From an uncultured archaeon (GTDB lineage Archaea > Aenigmatarchaeota > Aenigmatarchaeia > GW2011-AR5): a DNA stretch of 44,122 bases. Shown one piece after another: positions 1-8,228 of this stretch (positions are counted from its first letter, which is position 1; each line of letters starts with the position of its first letter). Below the pieces are notes generated by a model that was given only the letters and a program-made list of their open reading frames with translations, searched no databases and was not told the origin of the DNA. Made by a program: the position numbers and the translations under genes. The stretch covers positions 1 to 44,122 of the forward strand of contig CAYJVT010000008.1 of assembly GCA_964373695.1 (NCBI GenBank). Direction: 5' to 3'.

Positions 1-46
1 CCCTCGTCGCGTTCAGCTCCCGCATGAAGGCGGTGCTCGCTTTCGC

Positions 47-220
47 TCAAGAGCCCTGCCTTTTCATCCACCGCTTCCTCTCTGCAGGAGTCTCGATTCC
101 TTCCTCCCTGCACTTCCTGCTGAAGGTGGCGCTCGCAATTCCCAGTGCCCTCGCTGCTTCGTCATTCCTCTTGTACAGTCGTGCAACCCTCTTGAGTTGC
201 TCGCGTTCCACGGATTTCAT
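47..220 (-). CDS. Small Fis-like HTH protein (57 aa)
   Basis: Hand translation MKSVEREQLKRVARLYKRNDEAARALGIASATFSRKCREEGIETPAERKRWMKRQGS; AARALGI..TF.RK resembles an HTH_8-type helix-turn-helix; GGAGG SD upstream. Not in the ORF track. Confidence 0.65.
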   Translation of the reverse strand: MKSVEREQLKRVARLYKRNDEAARALGIASATFSRKCREEGIETPAERKRWMKRQGS

Positions 221-253
221 CACATCTTCCTCCGTCAGGCTGCGTGATGAAAA

Positions 254-433
254 CTACGCGATGGTTGCCATCGGCTGGCGTGCGCTGAGGCGCATGTCCC
301 GGCGGAAGTGCCTTCCCTTGAACCGGATGTTCTCGGCTGCTTTCAGGGATTTGGAGATGGCCGAGGGGATGTCCGCTCCGGTGGCTATCGTTCCCACGAC
401 ACGGCCGCCTTTGCCTATGACCAGAATCCTCAC
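254..433 (-). pseudogene. purD: Internally deleted phosphoribosylamine-glycine ligase (59 aa; N-terminus joined to C-terminus)
   Basis: GTG start with AAGGAG SD. MRILVIGKGGR matches the PurD N-terminus and is followed directly by (GGR)VVGTIATGADIPSAISKSLKAAENIRFKGRHFRRDM, which matches the PurD C-terminus. Lies directly downstream of purC. Confidence 0.8.
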
Positions 434-477
434 GGCTCATTCTCCTTTGTCTCGGGTTTGTATTGCCTGTCTGCGGA

Positions 478-1446
478 CTACGTGAAGTACGGCGCGATGG
501 CCTTCTCGATGCGCTCCCGAAGGGTGCCGGTGCCCAGCTCGGGTGTAAAGGCCTGCCCTGTGACACGCTCAAACAGGCTGATGTAGCGTTCCGCAACCTC
601 GATGCGGATATCGTCGTCGAGGACGGGAATGTTCATGTCAGAGATTCCCTTATCCATCAGCCACAAACGCAGGAACTCCTTATCGAGACTCTCCGGCTCC
701 TCGTCTCGGCTGTGGCGCTCCTCGTACGTGGCCCGGATCCAGTAGCGGGATGAGTCGGGCGTGTGCACCTCGTCAGCCAGGGCGATCTGCCCGTCCCGAT
801 TGCGACCCATCTCGTACTTGGTGTCCACCAGGATCAGGCCCTGCTCTTCTGCAAGCTGTTGTCCGCGGGCGAACAGCCTCAGCGCTATCTGCTCAATCTG
901 GCGCCACATGCCTTCGTCCACGAGACCACGCTTCACGACTTCCTGCGACGAGAGCGGCTCGTCATGCTCATGGGATTTCGTCGTCGGCGTTATCACCGGC
1001 GTCTCGAAGCGGTGGTTCTTCTTCAGACCGGGCGGCAGTCCGAGGCGGTAGGGGTCTTTGCCCTGCTGGTAGTTGACCCACGCCGACGTCGAGGTGCTGC
1101 CCGTGAGGTAGCCGCGCACGACCACCTCGACCGGGAAGATGTCGAGCTCCTCGCCCACGGTGACGTTCGGGTGCGGGACCTCGACGACGTGGTTGGCGAC
1201 GATGTCTTCCGTATTCCGGAACCAGAACTCGGCGATGCGGTTGAGGACCTGGCCCTTCAGCGGGATGGCCCCCAGGACATGGTCGAAGGCACTCTGGCGG
1301 TCGGTCGTGACCATAATGCGCCGGCCGTCCAGCAGGTAGATGTCGCGCACCTTTCCCTGATCGTATCGGTCGCTCCACTGCTCGAAACGTGCATCAAGCA
1401 GGCAGTCGCCGAGCATTGCCCTGAGCGTTTCGCGTGAAACCGTCAT
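478..1446 (-). CDS. purC: SAICAR synthetase
   Basis: GKVRDIY, TDRQSAFD, VEVVVRGYLTGS, TPTTK, LVDTKYEMG, DEVHTPDSSRYW and LDKEFLR motifs. Confidence 0.95.
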   Translation of the reverse strand: MTVSRETLRAMLGDCLLDARFEQWSDRYDQGKVRDIYLLDGRRIMVTTDRQSAFDHVLGAIPLKGQVLNRIAEFWFRNTEDIVANHVVEVPHPNVTVGEELDIFPVEVVVRGYLTGSTSTSAWVNYQQGKDPYRLGLPPGLKKNHRFETPVITPTTKSHEHDEPLSSQEVVKRGLVDEGMWRQIEQIALRLFARGQQLAEEQGLILVDTKYEMGRNRDGQIALADEVHTPDSSRYWIRATYEERHSRDEEPESLDKEFLRLWLMDKGISDMNIPVLDDDIRIEVAERYISLFERVTGQAFTPELGTGTLRERIEKAIAPYFT

Positions 1447-1482
1447 AGCTTTGCCCTTTCCGTTATGGTCGTGGTTGTTGGC

Positions 1483-1973
1483 TCATGAGGTGAAGAGAGG
1501 TATCATCGCCTTCTTGTTGACTTCATCGTTGTACCTTGTCAACCGCAGAAAGAAGTCGTCGTCGCCAGCGGCGAGTATCTGGCAGGCCGCCATAGCAGCG
1601 TTCTTAAGCCCGTGCTCGTCGAGTCCTGCGAACATCACAGGCCTTCCTGATGGCATCCTCGAGATGGAGAGCATGGCGTCTAATCCTGCCAAGGCGCTGC
1701 TGCTGAGACCAACCCCGATGACAGGTCTGCGGCCGAGAGTGTAGGCGGCGATTGCTCCGGGAAGAGCCGCTGACATGCCAGCAATGCCGATGAACACCTG
1801 AGTGCCTTCTTCATCCTTCATTTCGACGTATTCAGCTAATGTGGATTCCGATGCGCCGAAATGGCCGATACCTCGTACGTGATTTTCAGCTGGTTCAGAA
1901 TCCCTAGCATCCCAGAATGCTCTACGACACCCCTGTCGCTCTCGCTTCCGAGGATGATCACTACCTGGGGCAT
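1483..1973 (-). pseudogene. purE: PurE (AIR carboxylase/N5-CAIR mutase), frameshifted
   Basis: ATG at 1973 (AAGGAG SD) encodes MPQVVIILGSESD...SAHRNPH, stopping at 1836-1838. The rest (LAEYVEMKDEEGTQVFIGIAGMSAALPG...PVIGV...SISRMPSGRPV) continues in another frame. Confidence 0.85.
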
Positions 1974-2052
1974 CTCTTCACTCCTTGCGGTTAGTCGTTC
2001 GCTTCGTTGGATGACCAGTAGAGGTCTGACCGGTTATGGAACTGTTTCCCTC

Positions 2053-2229
2053 CTACTCCTTTCCCTTCTTCTCGCCGGGCTTATGCTTCTCCTTCTTGCG
2101 CTCCGCTTCTCTCCGCGCCTCTTCGTATTTATGGTATATCCTTGCCCTCAGGAAACTCACGATGCCGCAGCTGCGACGCTTTGCCATCTTGCACTCCTCG
2201 TTGTCATAGATGTGGAATGAAACTGCCAT
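2053..2229 (-). CDS. Small basic hypothetical protein (58 aa)
   Basis: Hand translation MAVSFHIYDNEECKMAKRRSCGIVSFLRARIYHKYEEARREAERKKEKHKPGEKKGKE; packed between neighbouring genes on the same strand. Confidence 0.5.
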   Translation of the reverse strand: MAVSFHIYDNEECKMAKRRSCGIVSFLRARIYHKYEEARREAERKKEKHKPGEKKGKE

Positions 2230-2233
2230 TTCG

Positions 2234-2581
2234 TTAGTTCATGCTGGCTCCGGAAGCTTCTGCCAGCCTCCGGCGCTTCCTCAACAGGGCAATCACGGCG
2301 ACGGCTGTGATGAAAAGCATCGAGAACTTCCATAAAGCGATGTGCATTAGGAGAGCGGCGGACACTAGAACGATGGCAGAGCCGAAGTGCAATGCCGCAT
2401 CCTCCAGATTACGACGACGGTAGGCCATGAGGGACAGCCGCATGTAGAACACAGCTGCAACCCAGAGGAACAATTTTACCATGGGCCACAAGAGCCACGT
2501 GAAGCAGAGGAAGATGGTGGTTGCAGCTGCTATCAGGGCCATGATTGTCTTGTTCGCGACCACCTTCTGCAAGATGAACAT
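2234..2581 (-). CDS. Hypothetical membrane protein (about 4 TM helices)
   Basis: Hydrophobic stretches with a basic C-terminus; strong GGAGGAAGGAG SD. Confidence 0.7.
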   Translation of the reverse strand: MFILQKVVANKTIMALIAAATTIFLCFTWLLWPMVKLFLWVAAVFYMRLSLMAYRRRNLEDAALHFGSAIVLVSAALLMHIALWKFSMLFITAVAVIALLRKRRRLAEASGASMN

Positions 2582-2773
2582 CTCCTTCCTCCTTCGGAGT
2601 TGTGGAGGCCGGGACAGGTCTTGGGGAGGCAGCGACGCGAGGAAGCTACCGCCATGAGGATTGACCCGCCCAGGCCCGGTGTGGTGGTCACGCCAGGGTA
2701 AATGCGAACCACTCTTCCTTCGTTCGCGGCGTGCATAAATTGTTGAATGTGACCAGATGGCTGGATATAGAAT

Positions 2774-2893
2774 TCATGCCAAGGTTATGTCCCAGTGGAC
2801 ACCAGGGATAAGACACATCGAATTGAAGATGTATGTGAAGGTGGTGCCAGCAAGAAGCGCGAAGAAAACAATTACTAAGTCTGCGATGTCCAT
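2774..2893 (-). CDS. Small hydrophobic peptide (39 aa, MDIADLVIVFFALLAGTTFTYIF...)
   Basis: GAAAGGA SD precedes the internal ATG; single hydrophobic helix. Confidence 0.4.
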   Translation of the reverse strand: MDIADLVIVFFALLAGTTFTYIFNSMCLIPGVHWDITLA

Positions 2894-3235
2894 CGCTCTG
2901 TCCTTTCTGGAATGGTGTCTTTCGCAGTCCTTCGACGGAATTTTCCGACGCTTTTGCATAGCAAGCGCTACATGCGCCTTTCCGGAGGGAATTCCTTCTC
3001 CTCTAAAACTGGCACTAATGTCTCGACGCATTCGGATGGAAATGCGGAGAACAGGCCAGGTGTGGTTTGCTATGTCAAGAGCCGCGCTTGGGGTTTTGCA
3101 CCCGCAACGGCTTACGGTTACTCTGGCGGCAATGTTTTAAGCCTTTTCGTGACGAGGGTTTCATGGGAAAAAAGTGGGGATGGTCGCTTAAATACAGTTC
3201 AATTTTATATCCTCTCCCATACATATTATACGATA

Positions 3236-4900
3236 ATGAGTTCTGACGATAATCCAAACGTTTCCGAAATCGTGCGAAAATACCTCCTGGTCAATGCCGT
3301 TGAGCACGAGGGCAAGGCGCAGCCAAAGAGCGTCTTAGGGAGGATACTGTCCGACATGCCCGAATTGAGGGCAAGGGTGCTGGAGATAAAGGGCCTTACC
3401 GAACGCGAGGCGGAAAACGTAAACCGCATGCCCGTCCAGGAACAAAGGACGGAGCTCGAGCGGATGGGCGGCTACACGGCCGAGAAGAGGGCGGAGAGGA
3501 AGGGCCTCCCTGATATAGAATTAACGAGGGACAGGGTTGTCATGAGGTTCGCGCCCAACCCGGACGGCGCCATACATCTCGGCAACTCGAGGCCGGCCAT
3601 ACTTTGCGACGAGTACGTGAAGAGGTACAAGGGAAAGCTCATCCTGAGGTTTGACGACACCGACCCGAAGGTGAAGGTCCCTGAAGTCAGGTTCTATTCA
3701 TGGATAAAGGAGGACCTCAAGTGGCTGAAAGTGAAGTGGCACTCGGAAGTCATGGCGTCAAAGAGGCTCAATATATATTACAAGATGGCAGCCGAGCTGA
3801 TAGGGAAGGGCGGCGCCTACGTGTGCATGTGCGGCGATTCATGGAAAAAATTGCGCAACGCCGGCAAGTCATGCAAATGCAGGAATGACGATGCCAGGAC
3901 TGTGATGAAAAAATGGAAATCCATGCTCAGGCACAAGTACAAGGAAGGCCAGGCCGTGCTTCGGGTTAGGAGCGACATGGAGGCGAAGAATCCCGCCGTG
4001 AGGGACTGGCCAGCCTTCCGCATAGTCGACAAGCCAAGGCATCCGCTGAAGAAGGCGCATCTGTGGCCGCTTTACAATTTCGCCTCGGCGGTCGACGACC
4101 ACCTGCTCGGCACCACTCACATTTTCCGGGGACAGGAGCACTCCACGAACGAGGTGAAGCAGCGCTACATGTTCCAGCACATGAAATGGGAATATCCCCT
4201 TGTCGTCATACTCGGCAGGCTTTCCCTGTCGGGCATGGTGATGAGCAAGAGCCTCATAAGGGAAGGGATAGAACGCCACAAATACAACGGATGGGACGAC
4301 CCGAAGCTCGGCACGCTTCGCGCGCTGAGGCGGCGCGGCTTCCAGCCCGACGCCCTCCGTCAGATAATAATAGACGTGGGGCCGAAGCCTTCGGACATAA
4401 CGATATCCATGGAAAACCTTGCCGCCTACAACAGGAAGATTATCGACAAGGACGCCAGGAGATATTTCTTCATACAGAACGCCAAGAAGATAGAGGTGGC
4501 GGGCGCCAGGATGAAGTCGGCAGACCTGCCTTTCCATCCCGACCAGCGCGGAAGGGGCGGCCGGAAGTTCAGGCTCGGAAGGCACTTCTTCATAGACGCC
4601 AAGGACTTTGAGTCTTATAAGGGACTGGAGGTCCGTCTCAAGGATTTGTTCAACGTGAAGCTTGGCGAAAAATCATCCTATACGGGCACCGAGCTGAAGT
4701 CCGTACCGAAGATACACTGGCTGCCGGAGAAGCACATCCCGGTCAGGGTCACGATGCCTGCCCACATCCTGAAGGGCTACGGCGAAACGAATCTCATTCA
4801 GGCGAAGCGCGGGGAAATCATCCAGTTCGAGAGATTCGGCTTCGTGCGCATCGAGAAAGCCTCGAAGGCCGGCGTCAGCGCGATATGGCTGCACGACTGA
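3236..4900 (+). CDS. gltX: Archaeal-type glutamyl-tRNA synthetase
   Basis: MRFAPNPDGAIHLGN (HIGH), LRFDDTDP and MSKS (KMSKS) motifs, plus the archaeal N-terminal extension. Start set at ATG 3236 after TATA-like elements. Confidence 0.95.
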   Translation: MSSDDNPNVSEIVRKYLLVNAVEHEGKAQPKSVLGRILSDMPELRARVLEIKGLTEREAENVNRMPVQEQRTELERMGGYTAEKRAERKGLPDIELTRDRVVMRFAPNPDGAIHLGNSRPAILCDEYVKRYKGKLILRFDDTDPKVKVPEVRFYSWIKEDLKWLKVKWHSEVMASKRLNIYYKMAAELIGKGGAYVCMCGDSWKKLRNAGKSCKCRNDDARTVMKKWKSMLRHKYKEGQAVLRVRSDMEAKNPAVRDWPAFRIVDKPRHPLKKAHLWPLYNFASAVDDHLLGTTHIFRGQEHSTNEVKQRYMFQHMKWEYPLVVILGRLSLSGMVMSKSLIREGIERHKYNGWDDPKLGTLRALRRRGFQPDALRQIIIDVGPKPSDITISMENLAAYNRKIIDKDARRYFFIQNAKKIEVAGARMKSADLPFHPDQRGRGGRKFRLGRHFFIDAKDFESYKGLEVRLKDLFNVKLGEKSSYTGTELKSVPKIHWLPEKHIPVRVTMPAHILKGYGETNLIQAKRGEIIQFERFGFVRIEKASKAGVSAIWLHD

Positions 4901-4977
4901 TTTTTATGGATTTGGTTTGAGAAGGCGAAGAATTATATTGAAGTGATGAATCCCAATAAAGAATAACAAGATTGTAG

Positions 4978-5072
4978 ATATAGTGCTCCAAGAAAACAAT
5001 CATAATAGTTAGTTTTCTTGGGCACTATATGTGAACCAAATAAGTTATATCCTGTTTATTTATTTGGTTCGC
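4978..5072. repeat. Two adjacent long inverted repeats (hairpins)
   Basis: atatagtgc(t)ccaagaaaac 4978-4997 pairs with gttttcttgggcactatat 5012-5030; gtgaaccaaataa 5031-5043 pairs with ttatttggttcgc 5060-5072. Immediately followed by TATAAATA. Confidence 0.85.
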
Positions 5073-5100
5073 TATAAATATTCAGAATTCAATTATATTT

Positions 5101-5593
5101 ATGATACTGATTGACACGTCTGTCTATATCCAGTGCCTTTCTGACAGGGAGCTTGAAGAAAAATCAGGGAACTTGGGAAGAAGTCATTCATAATGTCTTC
5201 TGAAGTGATAGAAGAGGAAATAAAAGCCGCTTCTGGATTTCTAAGAAAGAGAGGCGACAAAAATGCTGCAGAGAGGTTATCTGATATTTATCATAGTTCA
5301 ATAAGCGGTACGGTAAAAATGACTGAAAGGGTGGTTTTCTTGCTGAAAGATATTCGAATGAAGTGAGGAAGAAATGTGGAAAAGACAAGGCGAAGGATAT
5401 GAGGGATGACCTGAGAATAGTCGCATATGCATCCATAGGTTTTGTCAAACATATAGGAACATTGAACAGGAAGACTATGGCAAGTCAGGATGCAGTTGAG
5501 ATTTATTCCCGAATAAATTCGGACATGAAGCTTGCGATGCCTGTTTTTATAAAGACAAAGGAAGCCCTACTTGCGTTTATTTCTTCTCTTTAA
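5101..5593 (+). pseudogene. PIN-domain protein with two -1 homopolymer frameshifts
   Basis: Starts MILIDTSVYI. Adding one A (run 5159-5163) and one T (run 5335-5338) restores a 164-aa ORF with DDLRIVAYAS..N.KTM.S..A...Y..IN....P.FI, paralogous to 43392-43889. Confidence 0.8.
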
Positions 5594-5594
5594 T

Positions 5595-5696
5595 TCAGCA
5601 TCTATAATCATTGGCTGTTTTTTCCCTTATAAACCTTGTAAATTCAAGAGGCGTCATGCCAATCTTCTTCTTAAAATCTTCCTCGTCTTTGAACAT
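5595..5696 (-). CDS. Micro-ORF (33 aa) convergent on the PIN gene
   Basis: MFKDEEDFKKKIGMTPLEFTRFIREKTANDYRC; archaeal SD AGGTG at 5703-5707 and TATA box TTTTAAATA at 5732-5740. Confidence 0.55.
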   Translation of the reverse strand: MFKDEEDFKKKIGMTPLEFTRFIREKTANDYRC

Positions 5697-5855
5697 TTTT
5701 AACACCTGTATTGCTATTAATACGGTTATTATATTTAAAACCAGAATACTCCTGTATTCTATATGTTGTTGTAATCACATTATCCTGCCAGCAATTCCTT
5801 GCCGGTGTCCTACCATATATAAAAACCAATATATACCGCGCCGCAAATTATTATC

Positions 5856-7232
5856 ATGGCAGTCCAGCTTGATTACATTGCGCCAAAAGGCTGGAAGCCT
5901 TCTTCGGAAAAATACATAACAGTCCTAGTCAAGGTAGAGCTCGCTAAAGGCGTGCCGAAAAGCAGGTTCAGGGACGCGGCAGCGTCGGTTGCCGCCGAAT
6001 CGTCGACCGGGACATGGACGGAAGTCTATTCGGGCCGGCATTCGGGCATGAAGAACGCCTGGAAGTACAGGGCTCTTGTGTACGGCATCGAGCAGCGCAG
6101 GAATATGTTCAGGGTTGCATACCCTCTGGAGCTTTTCGAGCCGGGGAACATTTCCGGTTTTCTTGCGGGCCCTGCAGGTAATATAGCAGGAATGAAGATG
6201 CTGGCAGGTCTCAGGATAATGGACATGAGGTTCCCGCGGAAGTTCGTCATATCGTTCCCGGGGCCGCGCCACGGCATATCAGGCCTCAGGAAGATGCTTC
6301 GCCATCGCGGAGTTTTCGCCAAAATGCCTATAATGGGCACCGTGCCGAAGCCCAAGATAGGAAGGACTCATGCCGACCAGGCTGTGCTTGCAAAGGAATT
6401 GTTTTTGGCCGGCGACGGCTCGTACGATTTTATAAAAGATGACGAGAACCTGACGAGCCTGAAGTTCAATGATTTCTACAAGCGCGCTTCAATGGTGCTG
6501 GGGGAGCTCAGGAGGGCCGAAAAGCTCACGGGCCGCAGGAAGCTCTACCTTGCCAACGTTTCCCACTCGAGCGTCGATGAGATGCTGAGGCGCGCGGTGC
6601 ACATAAAAAGGAACGGCGGCCGCGTGATGATGCTTGACGTGGTGGTCACAGGTTTCGCCGCTCTGCATACGATGCGCCTCAGGAATCCGGGACTATTCAT
6701 CCACGCCCACAGGGCCATGCACGGCTTCATCACAAGGGAGTCTGGAAGCGGCATACACGGCTCGGGAAGGCTGCAGGGCTTCTCGGTGTCTATGATTACC
6801 CTAGCAAAAATATACCGCCTGCTTGGCGTCGACAGCCTCCACATAGGCTCGCCCAAGGCCAAGATGGAGGATTACGGCGAGGCCGCTGTGATAGCAGAGG
6901 CCATCACGACAGAAAACACGCCGCCCCGCGAATGCACGCTCGGCCAGAAATGGTACGGCATGAGGAAGGTGTGGCCTGTGGCGTCTGGCGGGTTGCATCC
7001 CGGCGTCGTCGACAAGGTTGTCGCCGCGCTCGGTCCGGACATATTCATACAGATGGGCGGCGGCGTTCTCGGCCACCCGGACGGCATCTCCGCCGGAGTC
7101 GAGGCGGCGCTGCAGGCGAGGCGGGCCGCTGCGAACAACGTTTCGGTGGAGAAATTCGTCAAGGCCAACCCGTATTCGCCGCTTGCTAGAGCCGTCGGGT
7201 TGTGGGGCTACGGACCCAAGATAGTTTATTGA
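5856..7232 (+). CDS. rbcL: RuBisCO large subunit, form III-type
   Basis: AAESSTGTW, GN, KPKIG, FIKDDEN (carbamylated Lys), HAHRAMH, LHIG..AKME (loop 6 Lys), ASGGLH and GGGVLGHP are all present. Confidence 0.92.
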   Translation: MAVQLDYIAPKGWKPSSEKYITVLVKVELAKGVPKSRFRDAAASVAAESSTGTWTEVYSGRHSGMKNAWKYRALVYGIEQRRNMFRVAYPLELFEPGNISGFLAGPAGNIAGMKMLAGLRIMDMRFPRKFVISFPGPRHGISGLRKMLRHRGVFAKMPIMGTVPKPKIGRTHADQAVLAKELFLAGDGSYDFIKDDENLTSLKFNDFYKRASMVLGELRRAEKLTGRRKLYLANVSHSSVDEMLRRAVHIKRNGGRVMMLDVVVTGFAALHTMRLRNPGLFIHAHRAMHGFITRESGSGIHGSGRLQGFSVSMITLAKIYRLLGVDSLHIGSPKAKMEDYGEAAVIAEAITTENTPPRECTLGQKWYGMRKVWPVASGGLHPGVVDKVVAALGPDIFIQMGGGVLGHPDGISAGVEAALQARRAAANNVSVEKFVKANPYSPLARAVGLWGYGPKIVY

Positions 7233-7259
7233 CGTTTTTAGTCAGCCTTCAAGAAAAAA

Positions 7260-7715
7260 TTATTTTGCGATATCCTTTCGCTCGCCTTCGACTATTTCCC
7301 TGGCAGCCTCCACCTTCTTGGGAAATTCGAGTCCGCGGCTGAAAAGCTTCCTGTCAATCTTCTTCGGATTGAACATGTCTGTTATATGCTTCTCGGCCTT
7401 TTCAAGGTCGAAGTCGTTGCAGGAAAATATGTCCACGAACGCGTGCTTCTGCTCGACGAAAGTGTGTATGCTTATGTGGCTCTCGGCTATGAGCACGAAG
7501 GCCGATATGCCGCCCTTGTCGAACGAGCCTGGCCTGCCGGAATATTTCATCACGTGAGGAGGCGATATCTTGTGCATTCCTATCATCTCCGGAAGCTCGT
7601 TTAAGAAATTGAAAACGAATTCCTCGTCGTTCAATACGGACTCATCGCATGAATACAGATCCAGTGTAAGATGAGGACCAAAACCTATCTCACAGATTTC
7701 ATTCTTACTATTCAC
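7260..7715 (-). CDS. speD: S-adenosylmethionine decarboxylase proenzyme
   Basis: GPHLTLDLY; IAESHISIHTF self-cleavage motif (ES). Confidence 0.93.
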   Translation of the reverse strand: MNSKNEICEIGFGPHLTLDLYSCDESVLNDEEFVFNFLNELPEMIGMHKISPPHVMKYSGRPGSFDKGGISAFVLIAESHISIHTFVEQKHAFVDIFSCNDFDLEKAEKHITDMFNPKKIDRKLFSRGLEFPKKVEAAREIVEGERKDIAK

Positions 7716-7789
7716 GATTAATTCACAATTATTATTGATTACATTTACTATTTAAGCATTTGTATTCGTGTGGGGAAGTCTCGGCGGAA

Positions 7790-7826
7790 ATTTTTGATGT
7801 CAAAAATCATCTCGGTGATGATTTTT
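7790..7826. promoter_or_regulatory. Overlapping palindromes in a divergent promoter region
   Basis: ATTTTTGA-tg-TCAAAAAT at 7790-7807 and AAAAATCATC-tcggt-GATGATTTTT at 7802-7826. Confidence 0.5.
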
Positions 7827-7852
7827 TATCCCTTTCTTGAAATATTTCTTGA

Positions 7853-8224
7853 ATGAAAACAGTTCTTGTCGGCGGGAAGTTCAACATGCTCCATCCCGGG
7901 CACGTGCATTTCCTGAAATTCGCAAGGAAGCAGGGCAACAGGCTGGTCATAGTCCTCGCCCATGATTCGAGGAACGACAGAAAATACAGAAGGGGTGTGA
8001 GGGAGAGGAAGGTCATGCTGGAGCATGTCCGGATTGTCGACAAGGTCATCGCAGGTGACCGGAATGACTTCATGAAGGTCGTCAGGAAGGAGAAGCCGTC
8101 GGTCGTGGTCCTTGGGTACGACCAGAAGGTTCCGGACGGGCTGGACAAAAAGCTGCATTCACTGGGCATAAAGATAGTCAGGTGCAGGAAGTTCGGGAAC
8201 TACGGCAGCAGGAATATGAAATAA
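7853..8224 (+). CDS. ribL: Cytidylyltransferase-family protein / archaeal FAD synthase
   Basis: VLVGGKFNMLHPGHVHFL (HxGH motif), VLGYDQ. Confidence 0.8.
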   Translation: MKTVLVGGKFNMLHPGHVHFLKFARKQGNRLVIVLAHDSRNDRKYRRGVRERKVMLEHVRIVDKVIAGDRNDFMKVVRKEKPSVVVLGYDQKVPDGLDKKLHSLGIKIVRCRKFGNYGSRNMK

Positions 8225-8228
8225 GAAA

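Noticed and set aside
2600-2720. Possible ZTP (pfl) riboswitch upstream of the purine genes (CTGGCG...CCAC...GCCTGGGC on the minus strand)
   Set aside because: Only scattered short matches; the P1 helix and spacing could not be built convincingly, and two unrelated ORFs separate it from purE. An Infernal search would settle it.
2900-3080. Structured leader or bacterial promoter (TTGACA, several short inverted repeats) on the minus strand
   Set aside because: No -10 element at the right spacing, and no recognisable RNA family.
2912-3235. N-terminal extensions in the ORF track for gltX, and likewise hel308 (31749-31904) and pepN (23880-23984)
   Set aside because: They show no similarity to the families, cover promoter or mobile-remnant DNA, or overlap neighbouring genes; downstream ATGs fit better.
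5856-7232. RuBisCO-like protein (form IV)
   Set aside because: All canonical catalytic and substrate-binding residues are present, which fits a bona fide form III-type enzyme.
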